DNA of 39,659 nt from Octopus bimaculoides (GCF_001194135.2 NC_068982.1:64275555-64315213); one strand, 5' to 3'. Shown: positions 11,208-23,690, counted from the stretch's first letter. Translations and numbers: made by a program. Notes: generated by a model not told the origin, from the letters alone.

Positions 11208-12017
11208 TTGTTTGCCTTGCTATGTCATGCTGGGACCAGACACGAGACTGAAGAGACCGGAAGGAATTAGTTGCTCTCTGCAACCTGAAAGATATTTCCT
11301 CATCCAGGGGGCAAGAACGGCTGAGTGTGCTGCCCAGGTAGACAAAGTTGCTGTGTACCGTGCATGTGTATTGACATCGCTCCTCTACTCATGTGAGACA
11401 TGGACTCTGTACAAACGTCAAGTAAGGGTCTTTGAACGCTTTCATCAGAGATGACCCAGGCACATTCTCAATGTTGGCTGGACCTCAAAAATTCCAGACA
11501 CACAGGTCCTGAGGACAGCTGATATCTTAGTATTGAGGCTATGGTGCATAGGCACCGGTTACGTTGGACAGGACACCTTATTAGGATAGCAGGATTCCTA
11601 AGCAGATGCTCTATGGAGAACTTGCGAATGGAAGGAGACTCCTGCAGAAACCAAGGCTGCGATTTAAGGACTGTTTCACGTCTTCATTAAAGGCTTGTGA
11701 CATGCAGGACACTGACTGGGAGAATAATGCCTGTCATCGCCACGGGTGGAGGAAGCAGGTTAAGGAGGGGATCGACACTTTTGAGAGAGCACGTATCCAG
11801 CATGAAGAACTTAAGTGAGCTGCTCGAAAGCGCACGGCTCGTATAGTGAATGGGGAAAGCTTGGTCTACGATGTTTGCAGTCGTGTATGCTTGTCAAGAG
11901 CAGGGCTCATTAGCCACCGATGGAGCCGCAAATGCAAAATATAAGTCAGTCCTAGAGCGCACAATGTTCCTGAAGGTCGGCAATGGTCTTCCTCGGTCAC
12001 GAGTGGACGGCCATCAT
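11208..12017 (+). mobile_element. RTE-clade LINE 3' end (copy 2) with inverted 5' segment
   Basis: 11208-11346 is the reverse complement of 10831-10969. 11344 onward is sense and encodes LYGELANGRR..KPRLRFKD and a degenerate C2H2 region VYDVCSRVCLSRAGLISHR. The 3' UTR ends GGACGGCCATCAT. Confidence 0.93.
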
Positions 12018-12130
12018 GTAGGTAGGTAGGTAGGTAGGTAGGTAGATAGGTAGGTAGGTAGGTAGGTAGGTAGGTAGGTAGGTAGGTAGGTAGGTAGGTA
12101 GGTAGGTATGCATGCATGCATGCATGCATG
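12018..12130. repeat. (GTAG)n then (ATGC)n tetranucleotide tract
   Basis: Directly follows the RTE 3' end. Confidence 0.95.
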
Positions 12131-12239
12131 CATCTTTCAATGCTTTGTATGACATGAAAAATATAATGGTAATCTATCTGAAACTTTTCCTGTTGAAGAC
12201 GTAGTAAACTAAGGAGACATTCTTGCATAAATGCTATTT

Positions 12240-13440
12240 GTTCTCTACTTTACAGCAATATTCATGGTAGCAAGAGAATCTAGATTAGATTTAGAACCAC
12301 GAAAAGACTGTTCAACATAAGATTTGCCGCTGATTTTAGGGTATTTGAATCTTTTGCTAGGCAACTATTGTATACTGGTTGTTGTGATTTAGTATCTCAG
12401 ACAGAACAGAAACTGTAGGATGTGATTACAATTTTTAATGCAACATGCAAAGCTTTTGCTCTAAAAATGAATTTGAAGACAGGAACTATGTTGCAGGTTA
12501 CATCTGGAAAAACATATGTTAAACCAACGATAATAAACATAAAGAATTAAAAGTTGTGAAGCCTTTCACTTATCTCGGAAGTATGCTGTTATATGATGCA
12601 AGTTTAGAGAAGGAGATCTTATACAGAGTGAAGAAGGCATCGACAACTTTTGGGAATATGGAAAGAGGACTTTGTCACAGCACAGGATCAGGTTAAACAA
12701 AAAGATATTCATCTACAAAACTAGTGTGCTCTTGTGCACTCTCAGTTCTACTATATGGCTATGAAACTTGGATGACCTACAAACACCAAGTTAAGATGCT
12801 CAGACGGTGTCACCAGCGCTGTTTGAAACATACTCAATGTGAAGTGAACCACACACGCCCGAATACCGAAGTTCTAAACAAAGTTCAAATAACTCGTTCG
12901 GAATCTTTTAAGGTGGAGTGAACGTCTAATTCGAATGCGTAATACCATAATTTCAAAGCAACTCTTTTATGGGAAATTGAAAGAAAGGAAGAGGAAAGTG
13001 GCACAAAGAGTTCTATAGAGAACTGAGAAGAACAAGCTGCTGGTAGAGCAAAGTAGAGAAAAACAATCTTTGATGGTTCAGCATTATTTGAGAGGGAAAG
13101 AATTCAGCTTGCGCCATTCAAAAATGCAGTTCGTAAAAGGAAGCAAGCAGAAGCATCAAAAGGTGCGGACAAAAGTAGTCAATGTAAAATATGTAGAAGA
13201 CTCTGTCTTTCTCTTGCCAGTTTCATGATCACACGAGAGGGCGTTATGATATGCAGCAGGCGTGGTTTGGTTTGAAGTGCAATATGTGTGGTTTGAAGTG
13301 CAACATGTGTGGTGTGAAGTGCAACATTTGTGGCAAAGTCGGAAGCTGGTGTGAAGAGTCATCTACGATGTCATGCAAGGAAAGAGGCTCATGAAGAAAT
13401 ACCAAGACATCATACTCTAAGATGAGTTGAGAACTGGGAT
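12240..13440 (+). mobile_element. Older, heavily decayed RTE LINE (RT to C-terminal zinc-finger region)
   Basis: LYFTAIF, LLYTGCCDLV (degenerate YADD region), FTYLGSML, LSVLLYGYETWMTYKHQVKMLRRCHQRCLKH, QLFYGKLK, CKICRRLCLSLAS. Confidence 0.85.
13269..13331 (+). repeat. 21-bp tandem repeat x3
   Basis: GGTTTGAAGTGCAATATGTGT / GGTTTGAAGTGCAACATGTGT / GGTGTGAAGTGCAACATTTGT. Confidence 0.9.
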
Positions 13441-13493
13441 GTATATACTAAATATATATGTGAATAAAATATATATCATATAACCATATATAA

Positions 13494-13517
13494 GATAGAT
13501 AGATAGATAGATAGATG

Positions 13518-13579
<62 letters not shown>

Positions 13580-13615
13580 GATATAGGTAGATATACATAT
13601 ATATAAATGCGTTTA

Positions 13616-13651
<36 letters not shown>

Positions 13652-13665
13652 AGACTATGTACAAA

Positions 13666-13710
<45 letters not shown>

Positions 13711-13800
13711 GTGTGTGTGTGTGTGTGTGAGTTTGTGTGTGTGTGTGTGTGTTTGTGTGTGTATGTATTTATATGTGTGCATATGTACATACGTATGCGT
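13494..13800. repeat. Compound microsatellite (GATA)n-(TA)n-(TG)n
   Basis: Read directly from the sequence. Confidence 0.95.
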
Positions 13801-14061
13801 GTGTGTATATTTATTAAAACTGTTACGTTTACAAAATTTATCATGTGTCCTCTTTAGAATTTATCTGAGGAAGAAAGAAGATTACTACTGTATAAGTCAT
13901 TATTTCAATAAATACACATATCTGCTCTACATCGGATACTGTTGAGTACTTTATCTTAAACTGTGGTTGTTTCAGTTCTTTTTAAGAAGACCATACAAAA
14001 AATATACATACATATATGCACATATATGTGTGTTTGTGTCTGTCTCTTTTGCGTGTATTGG

Positions 14062-14253
14062 TATTCTTTTATTCTTTTATTTGTTTCAATCATTTGACAG
14101 CGAACCATGCTGGAGCACTGCCTTTATTCGAACAATTCGACCCCAGGACTTATTCTTTGTAAGCCTAGTACTTATTCTATCGGTCTCTTCTGCCAAACCG
14201 CTAAGTTACGGGACGTAAGAACACTAACATTGGCTGTCAAGCGATGGTGGGGT

Positions 14254-14301
<48 letters not shown>

Positions 14302-14492
14302 CACATATATAGATATATATATATATATATATATATTACGGGCTTCTTTCAGTTTCCGTCTACCAAATCCACTCACAAGGCTTTAGTCGACCCGAGGTTA
14401 TAGTAGAAGACACTTGCCGAAGGTGCCACGCAGTGGGACTGAACCCGGAGCCATGTAAGCAAGCTACTTACCACAGAGCCACTCCTGCGCCT
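14062..14492 (-). mobile_element. SINE family A, full length
   Basis: Reverse complement of the head (AGGCGCAGGAGTGGCTCTGTGGTAAG), core, internal CA/TA tract and AAAAGAAT-type tail. Confidence 0.92.
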
Positions 14493-14744
14493 AAGTACGT
14501 TATATTATTTTACTATCGTAAAGGGACGTCTCTCTATAAATGCACGTAAAAGAATAAGTGAGCTAAACATAATAAGTGCCCTGTAAAATTAGTACCAGAC
14601 TAAATTCAGAACTTGTATAATTAACGATGTAAAAGTTTTGATAGCAGATCATTGTGTGACACCTAACGTGAGGCTTAAAGAGTTGCACAAAAGCGAGAAA
14701 TACTAGATTTTAAAATGCTGAAATCAATATGACGGTTACTACAA

Positions 14745-14800
14745 TTAAGGGAGGTGCCACAGCATGGCTGCAGTCCAATAAATGACACCTATAAAGAACA
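14745..14800 (+). mobile_element. SINE family A 3'-terminal remnant
   Basis: AAGGGAGGTGCCACAGCATGGCTGCAGTCCAAT matches the family A 3' end. Confidence 0.55.
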
Positions 14801-17169
14801 TAATATAACAATATGAGTGGTCTTAACAAAAGAAGGGCTTTCATTCTATGCATAGCATCTCATATCATGAGATATGTTATTTCAGTTGAAGCCTTTTCAT
14901 TTTCTAATTACACTGGTTCCTTCTGTGACCAACAAGACTCAGGGACAGTCCCTCAAATGCTGGGGTTGAATTAACATGTCCATATTTCTCCTATGCTGAG
15001 CTCTGAGTTGCATGCTCACGTGTTGGTCCAATCAAATTATTTTTTCATCAGAAATCGCAAATATCAAAAAATAATGTGAACATCAAATTGCAGAATCAAG
15101 AAATACTGTCGACCCCCGAGACACTTACTGAATAAGAAACAAACAACAAAGTTGGAAATGTTCGTTTTATGTGTTACACATCAATTTAGAATAACAAACA
15201 TTTAAAATATAGCACAAAGATATTATTTTCGTAAGTCACAAAATTAAAATTCAACAAACCCAGTCAAAAAGCTTCACATATCACAGAAACCGAAGTGGTG
15301 GTGGGGTTGAATTCAATTTTAAGCATTTATCTGAAATACAAAGTGAAATATATTCAAATTGCACGCTACAAGCAGAACATTAAAACTCACGGTAGTTCAA
15401 ATCATTTAAATTTAGCACAAAATGTTTTCAGCATATCTGATATCCAGGCAACGCCAGGTACTTTTTCTAGTGTATCGTTCAACTGTATATGGTTTCTACA
15501 CTGAAGATTTCTATTATACCATTACAACCTCTTTTATCATCATCTTATATTTCTAAATTGAGTTGTAGAATATATATGGAGTTTTCAGTTATCATCTAAT
15601 TTATATAAACAATAGATGAGACAACGTGGAGTATCTATGTAGTTGCTCTGGCTGCTAGAAATAGTAGCCAACATTCCTACCATTTATTAATAAAGAATCG
15701 AAGGACAGCATTGGATATGCTGAGTTAAAAAACGAATGGTTGGACAATCATGGCTGGGTTGCCTTCGATTGCCTCTGTTCCATCACTGACCAACTGCAAA
15801 TAAGTGACATCAGTAAAATGGAGTACCAGTTGCTATTTTGCTTTCAATTGTTATATGAAGTTTTGGCTGTCATACAACTGGAAGTAGTAATTCGAACTAA
15901 TAGTAGAAGCAGTAATGATTGCATTCGCAATGGTGGCAGTGATGGTGGTTATACGTAGTATCGGTGATGTCAGCGATTTTGAAGATACGAATGATCGTTA
16001 CAAAAGGATGTAAACGCAGAGCAATAAAGTGACAATGGCTTGATCGGAAAATCAAATTTACAGCATATTTCTCCGTCAAATAAATCAATGAATAATCATC
16101 AGACAACATCTATGAACATTTTTCACAAACAAAAATGGATTCTTTTAATACACTTTTGTCTTCTATATCTCACTAGAGAAGTCATATCAATCGAGTCTTT
16201 ATTCTCGGCAGATTCAAAACTTATCTTGCATGTCCGGCTATAATTGCCCTCCTATTGTAAGCTTTTGTAACTTTATGGATATGATAGATAAAGATGAACT
16301 ACTCTATTAGACATAAGCTTATAAAAGTGAAACGAATCATATGTTGATAATGAGACCGACTTAATTTCGATCAGCCAATCAGCGAGCATGAATAAATAAG
16401 AACGGTTCACATAGGATTTCTTTATCGCGTTATTCATTACTATTTTATTGCGGTAATAAAATTTATTCTTGAGGTCAATTTCTTTCTCCGGAATTCTCTA
16501 CTTAATCGTATTGACATAATTTCAGTTTGTTATATTAAGAGGCGTCATACTAAAAATGCTTAAGATATTTAATGTTTAATATTTTTGGTTATACAGTATT
16601 AATTTATGAATTTTTAAAAAGCTTACACAAGCTTTTGAAAGTATTGGAAATAAAAATTCATTTATGTATCACGATAAATGTTGTAAGAAACAGCGTATAT
16701 TACCACCCATTCTCACGATCATAAAAATATTATTACAATATAGCTCAGTGAATATTAGACAGAGGAAACGGTTTCTCTCCCACAAGACCGCTGAGATGTG
16801 TATATTGACTAACGGGAGTCTGATTTTCCGGATAAAGTAACATGGGATTTTATAATGAAACTAGTTGCTATTGTTGTTATTTAACCCTAAAGCAACAATA
16901 TTCGAGAATCCTAATGTATGCAAATAGTCAATCGAAAGACGAGTTCACAGATTCACCTCTCCAGTTACACTACGTCTCCGTGCAGCTGAGGATGATACTG
17001 CACCTTTCCACATATAATGAATTCTCATCTGTATCGACAATGAACAGTCAGTTGTTTAAACCAAATGAATTTCTACTCGTGAAATTAACGTATAAAAGGA
17101 CGATTATTCCAGAGACACAAATACACTTCATGCAATTGTTGCGGTAAAAAGGAAAAGTAAAGTCACCAT

Positions 17170-17404
17170 CTCGTTCATAGAGACTCATAAGGGCTGGTTT
17201 CCCGGTTTTAAGGTGTATAAATTCCTCACCTGGACGGGACGCCGGTCCGTAGCAGGATTGTTCATTTTTGTCAGTTGAATGGACTAGAACAACGTAAAAT
17301 GAAGTGTTTTGCTCAAGAAAACAACGCATCGCCCGATCCAGGTATCGAAACCACAATCTTACGATCATGAGGTCAATACTCTAACCATTAAGCCACGCGC
17401 CTCC
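17170..17404 (-). mobile_element. SINE family C (B-type head and core, different 3' module)
   Basis: Head (GGAGGCGCGTGGCTTAATGG..GTTTCGATACC) and core (TTGAGCAAAACACTT..GTTCTAGTCCATTCAACTG) match family B. The 3' part AATCCTGCTACGGACCGGCGTCCCGTCCAGGTG..CCGGGAAACCAGCCC is unrelated to B. Confidence 0.8.
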
Positions 17405-17499
17405 TCAATTGTTGAGGTGAATCAGTGTAACACAATATGATAAGACTGAACCTCTGAATTACAAGGGAAAATCAGAGAGAAAGAGAAACTGTTATTAAG

Positions 17500-17845
<346 letters not shown>

Positions 17846-18086
17846 GAATACCATACATATCTATAAAAGAATCTCCGAACTTATTTCATCGATTAATAGT
17901 TTTCCGTTCAGTCAAGTTATTGAACGTTCTTATTGCCCAGAGTCACCTACCCTGTTGCCTATCTTTCCACACTCACAAAAAAGAAACTTATTTTATTTGT
18001 TATTTTAAATCAGAGAATCAAACGTCTTCACAAAGAAACATTGTCTTCAAGGAATTATTGATTAAATATAATTATAAATTTTAAAG

Positions 18087-18423
18087 TGAAGGTACGTGGC
18101 TTACTGGTTAGGGTATTTGGTTCACAATCGTAAGGTCATAAGGTCGATTCCCTGAGGCACGTTTGTATCCTTAAGCAAGACACTTTAGTTTACGTCGATC
18201 CAATCACTCAGCTGGCAAAATTAATAGTACCTGTATTTCAAAAGGCCAGCCATGTCACATTCTGTGTCACGTTGAATCTCCCTGAGAACTACGTTAAGGG
18301 TACACGTGTCTGTAAAATGCTCAGCCACACATGCAAGTTAATTTCACGAGCAGGCTATTCCGTTGATCGGATCCACTGGAACCTTCATCATCCAAACCTT
18401 CATCATCCAAACCTTCGGAATGC
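18087..18423 (+). mobile_element. SINE family B
   Basis: Colinear with 8484-8806; carries a 15-bp tandem duplication ACCTTCATCATCCAA at 18381-18410. Confidence 0.88.
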
Positions 18424-20583
18424 TAGTTAGTTATAAATTTTAAGATTGCACGATAAATTCTTTACTGAAATAAACATTGTCACTATTTTTTGACAGACTA
18501 TACATTCTCTCTCTCTCTCTCNNNNNNNNNNNNNNNNNNNNNNNNNNNNNNNNNNNNNNNNNNNNNNNNNNNNNNNNNNNNNNNNNNNNNNNNNNNNNNN
18601 NNNNNNNNNNNNNNNNNNNNNNNNNNNNNNNNNNNNNNNNNNNNNNNNNNNNNNNNNNNNNNNNNNNNNNNNNNNNNNNNNNNNNNNNNNNNNNNNNNNN
18701 NNNNNNNNNNNNNNNNNNNNNNNNNNNNNATATATATATATATAAAGTTAACAGAAAATGGAGAAATATTGATCAACAACAATTGACTAACATCAGTTAT
18801 TACTTTTTAATACAAATAGACTGTATCCCATCTAACAGCTGTTTCTGCTTACAATGTCCTACGGTATTGCCATTGAAAATTCTGAAAATAATATTCATCA
18901 TATTTGGCAACACATCCGATCTGAAACATGGAGCTTCATCAGAGTGAAGCAAAAGGAGAAGAGCCTCGAGAAGAAGATGAAAGGCTTAATATATTTAAAT
19001 CATACCATTTTGCATGTGTCGCTTCAGGATGTTGAGCAAATGACTAAACTTAAAATATTAATTGGTGGCTTAATTTTTCTATGGGGGTAATAGGATGTAT
19101 AAGTAATAAAAAAGTAAAATTTTAAAAATGCCATAACGGGATACGCCAATAGGTCTAGAAAAAGAGGGAGTGAGAGTGCTGTAACGTTTTGAAGTAATCA
19201 TAATAGTTCTCAAAATTATGTTAATTGAACTAATTAATAGCTTATCATAATAAAGTGCCCATTAATTAATTATAATGTTTACTTATTAATATGTTGCATA
19301 AAGACCAACCACCTATTGCCTGTAATGGAATTGACCAAAGTCCACCTTTCGATATAATTGGTCAGTTAAATTTAAAAACAAAGGGCAAGATATTAAGACA
19401 CGGGTTGGTGTAAATAAATAAATAAATAAGTATGGAAAAGTAGCATATGTTGTAAGTGGCCCAAAACCTGCATAAGACATTGAAAAAAAAAAAAACAAGC
19501 ACAATGCGAAGAAATGAACAGCGCCCGCATTGTCATTAAAACCTAGAGAAGTCCCTATTTGGACAATTGTGAATTAAGGCGGTTGTGGGGGGGGGGAGGT
19601 ATTGACAGACGCTTTATAAAATAGGAGTGTGGAATTAGTAGACAAAGAAAGGAATTAATTAGTAGGGAAGGAAATAGGGAGGGGTGATAACGGTATAAAC
19701 TACGGTTAAGGAGAGACTACAGTTAAGGGGAGGTAATGACTAGGGAAGTGACCTACATTTAGAGAATTATAATACAAAGTCTAACTTCTGAACTAAGAAC
19801 CACTGTACCCAAGTGGGCTTACTAGACAAACAAACAGTAATTGGCTAAACATTATTAAATGCATTCAGCCTAGTGGTCATGCGAAGAAGTATAAGTACAA
19901 ATCCCTAAATTAATTAAATGATTGCAATTTAATTACTTGCTAATTATTATTATTGTTGCAGATGCAGGCTCATACTACAGTTTGCTCAATCATACTTAAA
20001 TCTTTAAATCTTATATATNNNNNNNNNNTATATATATATATTACTTACATACATACATGCAAATATGTGTGTGCATACGCACACAACCACACACACACAC
20101 AAACATATAGTATATCGTGTGAGTACATTTAGATGAACGACTGCTACTGTTGAATTTGAACCTCCACGTAGGTTATCATCATCCAATCTGTTTCTACTAT
20201 AATGGTTTGGTTACTACTGTACTTAGTAGCATAGTAGCATTATTGGTTTTCATAAACAGAGCAAATGTAGGAGAAAATATTTTAAACACAAGTTTATATC
20301 ATTTGTCCCTACGTACTTTTTATTGCTGTGGTTATTTGCAACTTCTATATTGGGTGTTCCAAGTGCAACCGGACACTGAACCATAATAGACTACCATGAG
20401 GACACTTTATTGTATTATCTAACAGACATGAAATGAGGCATTTAATTTATATAATATAATGTAATAAAGTGTTCCCCGGATTTGTTGTGGTTTAGCATCT
20501 AAATGAACTTTGAACGAACCGCTGCAGATGATGAAAATAACAAGAATGGTGAAACGTACTTGTTTTATTCAGAATTTTTCATG

Positions 20584-20589
<6 letters not shown>

Positions 20590-20631
<42 letters not shown>

Positions 20632-20790
20632 TGTGTGTGTGTGTGTTTGTGTATGTGTGTGTGTGTGTGAGTGTGTATTATGCATGTGTGTGCGTATTTA
20701 TATGTATGAAATTATATGTATATTTGTATGTATGTATGCATGCATGTAAGTGTGTATGTATGTATGTATGTATGTATGTACGTATGTATG
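20590..20790. repeat. (TG)n / (ATGT)n compound microsatellite
   Basis: Read directly from the sequence. Confidence 0.9.
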
Positions 20791-21094
20791 AATGTATGCA
20801 GTGGACGTCACCTTGTGACTACGTTTTAGAATCAAGAGTCCAAGAAGTTCCTCTGCATGAATTTATTTTGAGTGGGTAAAGTATTGCACAACCGTGAGCC
20901 CGTCTTTTTAACGCAAACAACGATAGCACCGGAGCGATACCAACAGAGGTTGAGAGGACTGAAAACAATCTACTCTTCAAGTTTTCTATACTAGTTAACA
21001 GTCTCCTAGAAAGAAGTTCTAACGAGAACAAAGGATCCTTCATTTCCAGTTGTCAATATACGAGTAAATCCATAGCTAGGACCCTGGCAAATTT

Positions 21095-21223
21095 TACTAC
21101 TCTGGGTCAGAGAAAACCTGGAAACAAATAGTGACTGAGAGATGGTTCCACACTCCTCCAAATTCTGGAACTTCCGAACCAGGGGACCACTATTGGATGC
21201 GGTTTGAAGTCATATTTAGGACA
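21095..21223. mobile_element. Old SINE-like repeat fragment (family E, unclassified)
   Basis: TACTCTGGGTCAGAG..CCTGG..CCACACTCCTCCAAA..GTCATATTTAGGACA resembles a dispersed repeat I recall from octopus DNA. No second copy in the window. Confidence 0.35.
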
Positions 21224-21264
21224 TATATGTAAGTTATGTGTGTGTGTGTGTGTGTGTTCCAGTA

Positions 21265-21390
21265 AAAGGGTTTTAGTGGAGCAAATTGATATCAGTACTT
21301 ATTTAGCGTCTGGTACTTGTACCATTTTTCGCCGGACTGCTCGGTTACGGGGAACGTAACAAGTCAACAACGATATTAAAACGATGAGAG
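21265..21390 (-). mobile_element. Degenerate SINE family A 3' fragment
   Basis: TCAGTACTTATT..GCCGGACTGCTCGGTTACGGGGAACGTAAC resembles 22015-22070. Confidence 0.55.
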
Positions 21391-21399
21391 ACAAATTCT

Positions 21400-21720
21400 G
21401 TGGATTACGACGAGGAGGTTGATCTAGGTAATCCGATTAGCGGAACGCTCTGCTCGTGAAATTAACGTGCAAATGGTTGAAAACTCCTTAAACACGCATA
21501 CCCTTAACGTAGCTCTCAAGGATATCCAGCGCGACACAGAATGTGACAAGACTAGCCCTTTGAATTATAAGGGTACAAATCATTTTTGCCAGGTGAGTGA
21601 ACTGGAGCAACGAGAAATAAGGTGTTTTGCTGAAGGACACAACGCGCTACCAGGAATCGAACTCAGACATCACATCGCGAACTGAATACCCTAGCCGCTA
21701 AGCCATGCGACGTGCCTTCA
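21400..21720 (-). mobile_element. SINE family B
   Basis: Reverse-complement match to 8484-8806 along its length (CTCGTGAAATTAACGTG, CCTTAACGTAG, TTTTTGCCAG, AGCCATGCG..CCTTCA). Confidence 0.85.
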
Positions 21721-21749
21721 CCAGAACTGCTGCTGTGTGGTGGAGTATG

Positions 21750-21794
<45 letters not shown>

Positions 21795-21911
21795 NNNNNN
21801 NNNNNNNNNNNNNNNNNNNNNNNNNNNNNNNNNNNNNNNNNNNNNNNNNNNNNNNNNNNNNNNNNNNNNNNNNNNNNNNNNNNNNNNNNNNNNNNNNNNN
21901 NNNNNNNNNNN

Positions 21912-22298
21912 ACTTTGATTCTTTTACTTGTTTCAGTCATTTGTCTCTGCCCATACTGGCGCACAGCCTTTTAGTCTAAGAAATCGACCCCTGGACTTAT
22001 TCTTTGTAAGCCAGGTGCTTATTCTATCGATCTTTTCTGCCGAACCGCTAAGTTACGGGGACGTAAACACACCACCATCAGTTGTCAAGTGATGGTAGGG
22101 TGTCAAACACAGACACAAACACAAACATATATATATATATATATATTCGACGGGCTTCTTTCTCTCACAAATCCACTCACAAGGCTTTGGTCGGCCAGAG
22201 GCTGGATTAGAAGACACTTCCTCAAGGTGCCACGCAGTGGGACTGAACTCGGAACCATGTGGCTGGGAAGCAAGCTTCTTAACACACAGGCATGCCTG
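21912..22298 (-). mobile_element. SINE family A, near full length
   Basis: Colinear with 14062-14492, with a short internal microsatellite. Confidence 0.92.
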
Positions 22299-22344
22299 TG
22301 TGTGTGTGTGTTTGTGTAAAGAGAAAGAAAGAGATGATGGACTT

Positions 22345-22445
22345 CGATGGTGTTTCCATCCACCAAATTGACTCAAAAGCTATTGAAAACACTTGCCCAC
22401 AGTGCCATGTGTTTATGGAGGCAACGTCTTTGCTACACAGCTACG
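22345..22445 (-). mobile_element. Degenerate SINE family A head remnant
   Basis: CCACCAAATTGACTCAAAAGC..AACACTTGCCCACAGTGCCA..CTACACAGC. Confidence 0.5.
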
Positions 22446-22647
22446 ACTACCCTTGTATGATATAGTTATTTCACTCCTTGTCAAAACATCTGAGGGACCT
22501 CTTACTATCCAAGATCCCAGATGAATCAATATCAAACCAGTAATATCACCAGAAGCCAAAGCCAAAACCATATATATATATATACATAAATATATGTGTG
22601 TGCATATATATACATATATATCTATATCTATCTATACATACACTCGT

Positions 22648-22946
22648 TTAACGTGTAAGTGGCTGAGCGCTCCACAGACATGTGTACCGTTAACGTATTT
22701 CTCGGGGAGATTCAGCCTGACACAGTGTGTGACAAGGCTGGGCCTTTGAAATATAGATACAGCAGAAGCAGGAAGAAAGAGTGAGAGAAATTTGTGGTGA
22801 AAGAGTACAGCAGAGTTCACTATCACCACCTGCCTTGTGGAGCGTTAGGTGTTTTTGCTCAATAAACACTCACACCAGCCGGCCTGCGAATCGAAGCAGT
22901 GATCCCACGACCACTAGTCCGATACCCTAACCACTGGGTCATTGTG
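22648..22946 (-). mobile_element. SINE family B' (3'-truncated)
   Basis: Colinear with 27790-28105, including the B'-specific GGAAG..GAGTGAGAGAAA..GAGTACAGCAG module. Confidence 0.85.
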
Positions 22947-23049
22947 AAATAAAGTGTCTTGCTCAAGAACACAACTCAGTCCAGGAGTCGAACTCACAAC
23001 CTCATGGTCGTAAGCTCGACGCTCTAACCACTGAGCCATGCGCCTTCAC
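22944..23049 (-). mobile_element. SINE family B head fragment
   Basis: GTGAAGGCGCATGGCTCAGTGGTTAG..GAGTTCGACTCC..CTTGAGCAAGACACTT on the minus strand. Confidence 0.85.
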
Positions 23050-23051
23050 TA

Positions 23052-23084
<33 letters not shown>

Positions 23085-23626
23085 NNNNNNNNNNNNNNNN
23101 NNNNNNNNNNNNNNNNNNNNNNNNNNNNNNNNNNNNNNNNNNNNNNNNNNNNNNNNNNNNNNNNNNNNNNNNNNNNNNNNNNNNNNNNNNNNNNNNNNNN
23201 NNNNNNNNNNNNNNNNNNNNNNNNNNNNNNNNNNNNNNNNNNNNNNNNNNNNNNNNNNNNNNNNNNNNNNNNNNNNNNNNNNNNNNNNNNNNNNNNNNNN
23301 NNNNNNNNNNNNNNNNNNNNNNNNNNNNNNNNNNNNNNNNNNNNNNNNNNNNNNNNNNNNNNNNNNNNNNNNNNNNNNNNNNNNNNNNNNNNNNNNNNNN
23401 NNNNNNNNNNNNNNNNNNNNNNNNNNNNNNNNNNNNNNNNNNNNNNNNNNNNNNNNNNNNNNNNNNNNNNNNNNNNNNNNNNNNNNNNNNNNNNNNNNNN
23501 NNNNNNNNNNNNNNNNNNNNNNNNNNNNNNNNNNNNNNNNNNNNNNNNNNNNNNNNNNNNNNNNNNNNNNNNNNNNNNNNNNNNNNNNNNNNNNNNNNNN
23601 NNNNNNNNNNNNNNNNNNNNNNNNNN

Positions 23627-23690
<64 letters not shown>

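Noticed and set aside
10405-11454. 349-aa ORF as an intact gene
   Set aside because: It is a chimera of microsatellite, RTE RT fragment, a 10-N gap, an inverted segment and a second RTE copy.
10831-11487. RTE copies 1 and 2 as a haplotype duplication artefact
   Set aside because: About 8% divergence in the sense overlap and about 4% in the inverted part is more than I would expect for alleles, although adjacency across the 10-N gap remains unverified.
13269-13331. Short direct repeats as a CRISPR-like array
   Set aside because: The repeats are contiguous with no spacers and lie within a eukaryotic LINE.
16375-16930. CCAAT box (AGCCAATCAG, about 16375) and octamer ATGCAAAT (about 16918) as a promoter or snRNA gene
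   Set aside because: The motifs are isolated and far apart, and no snRNA sequence is recognisable downstream.
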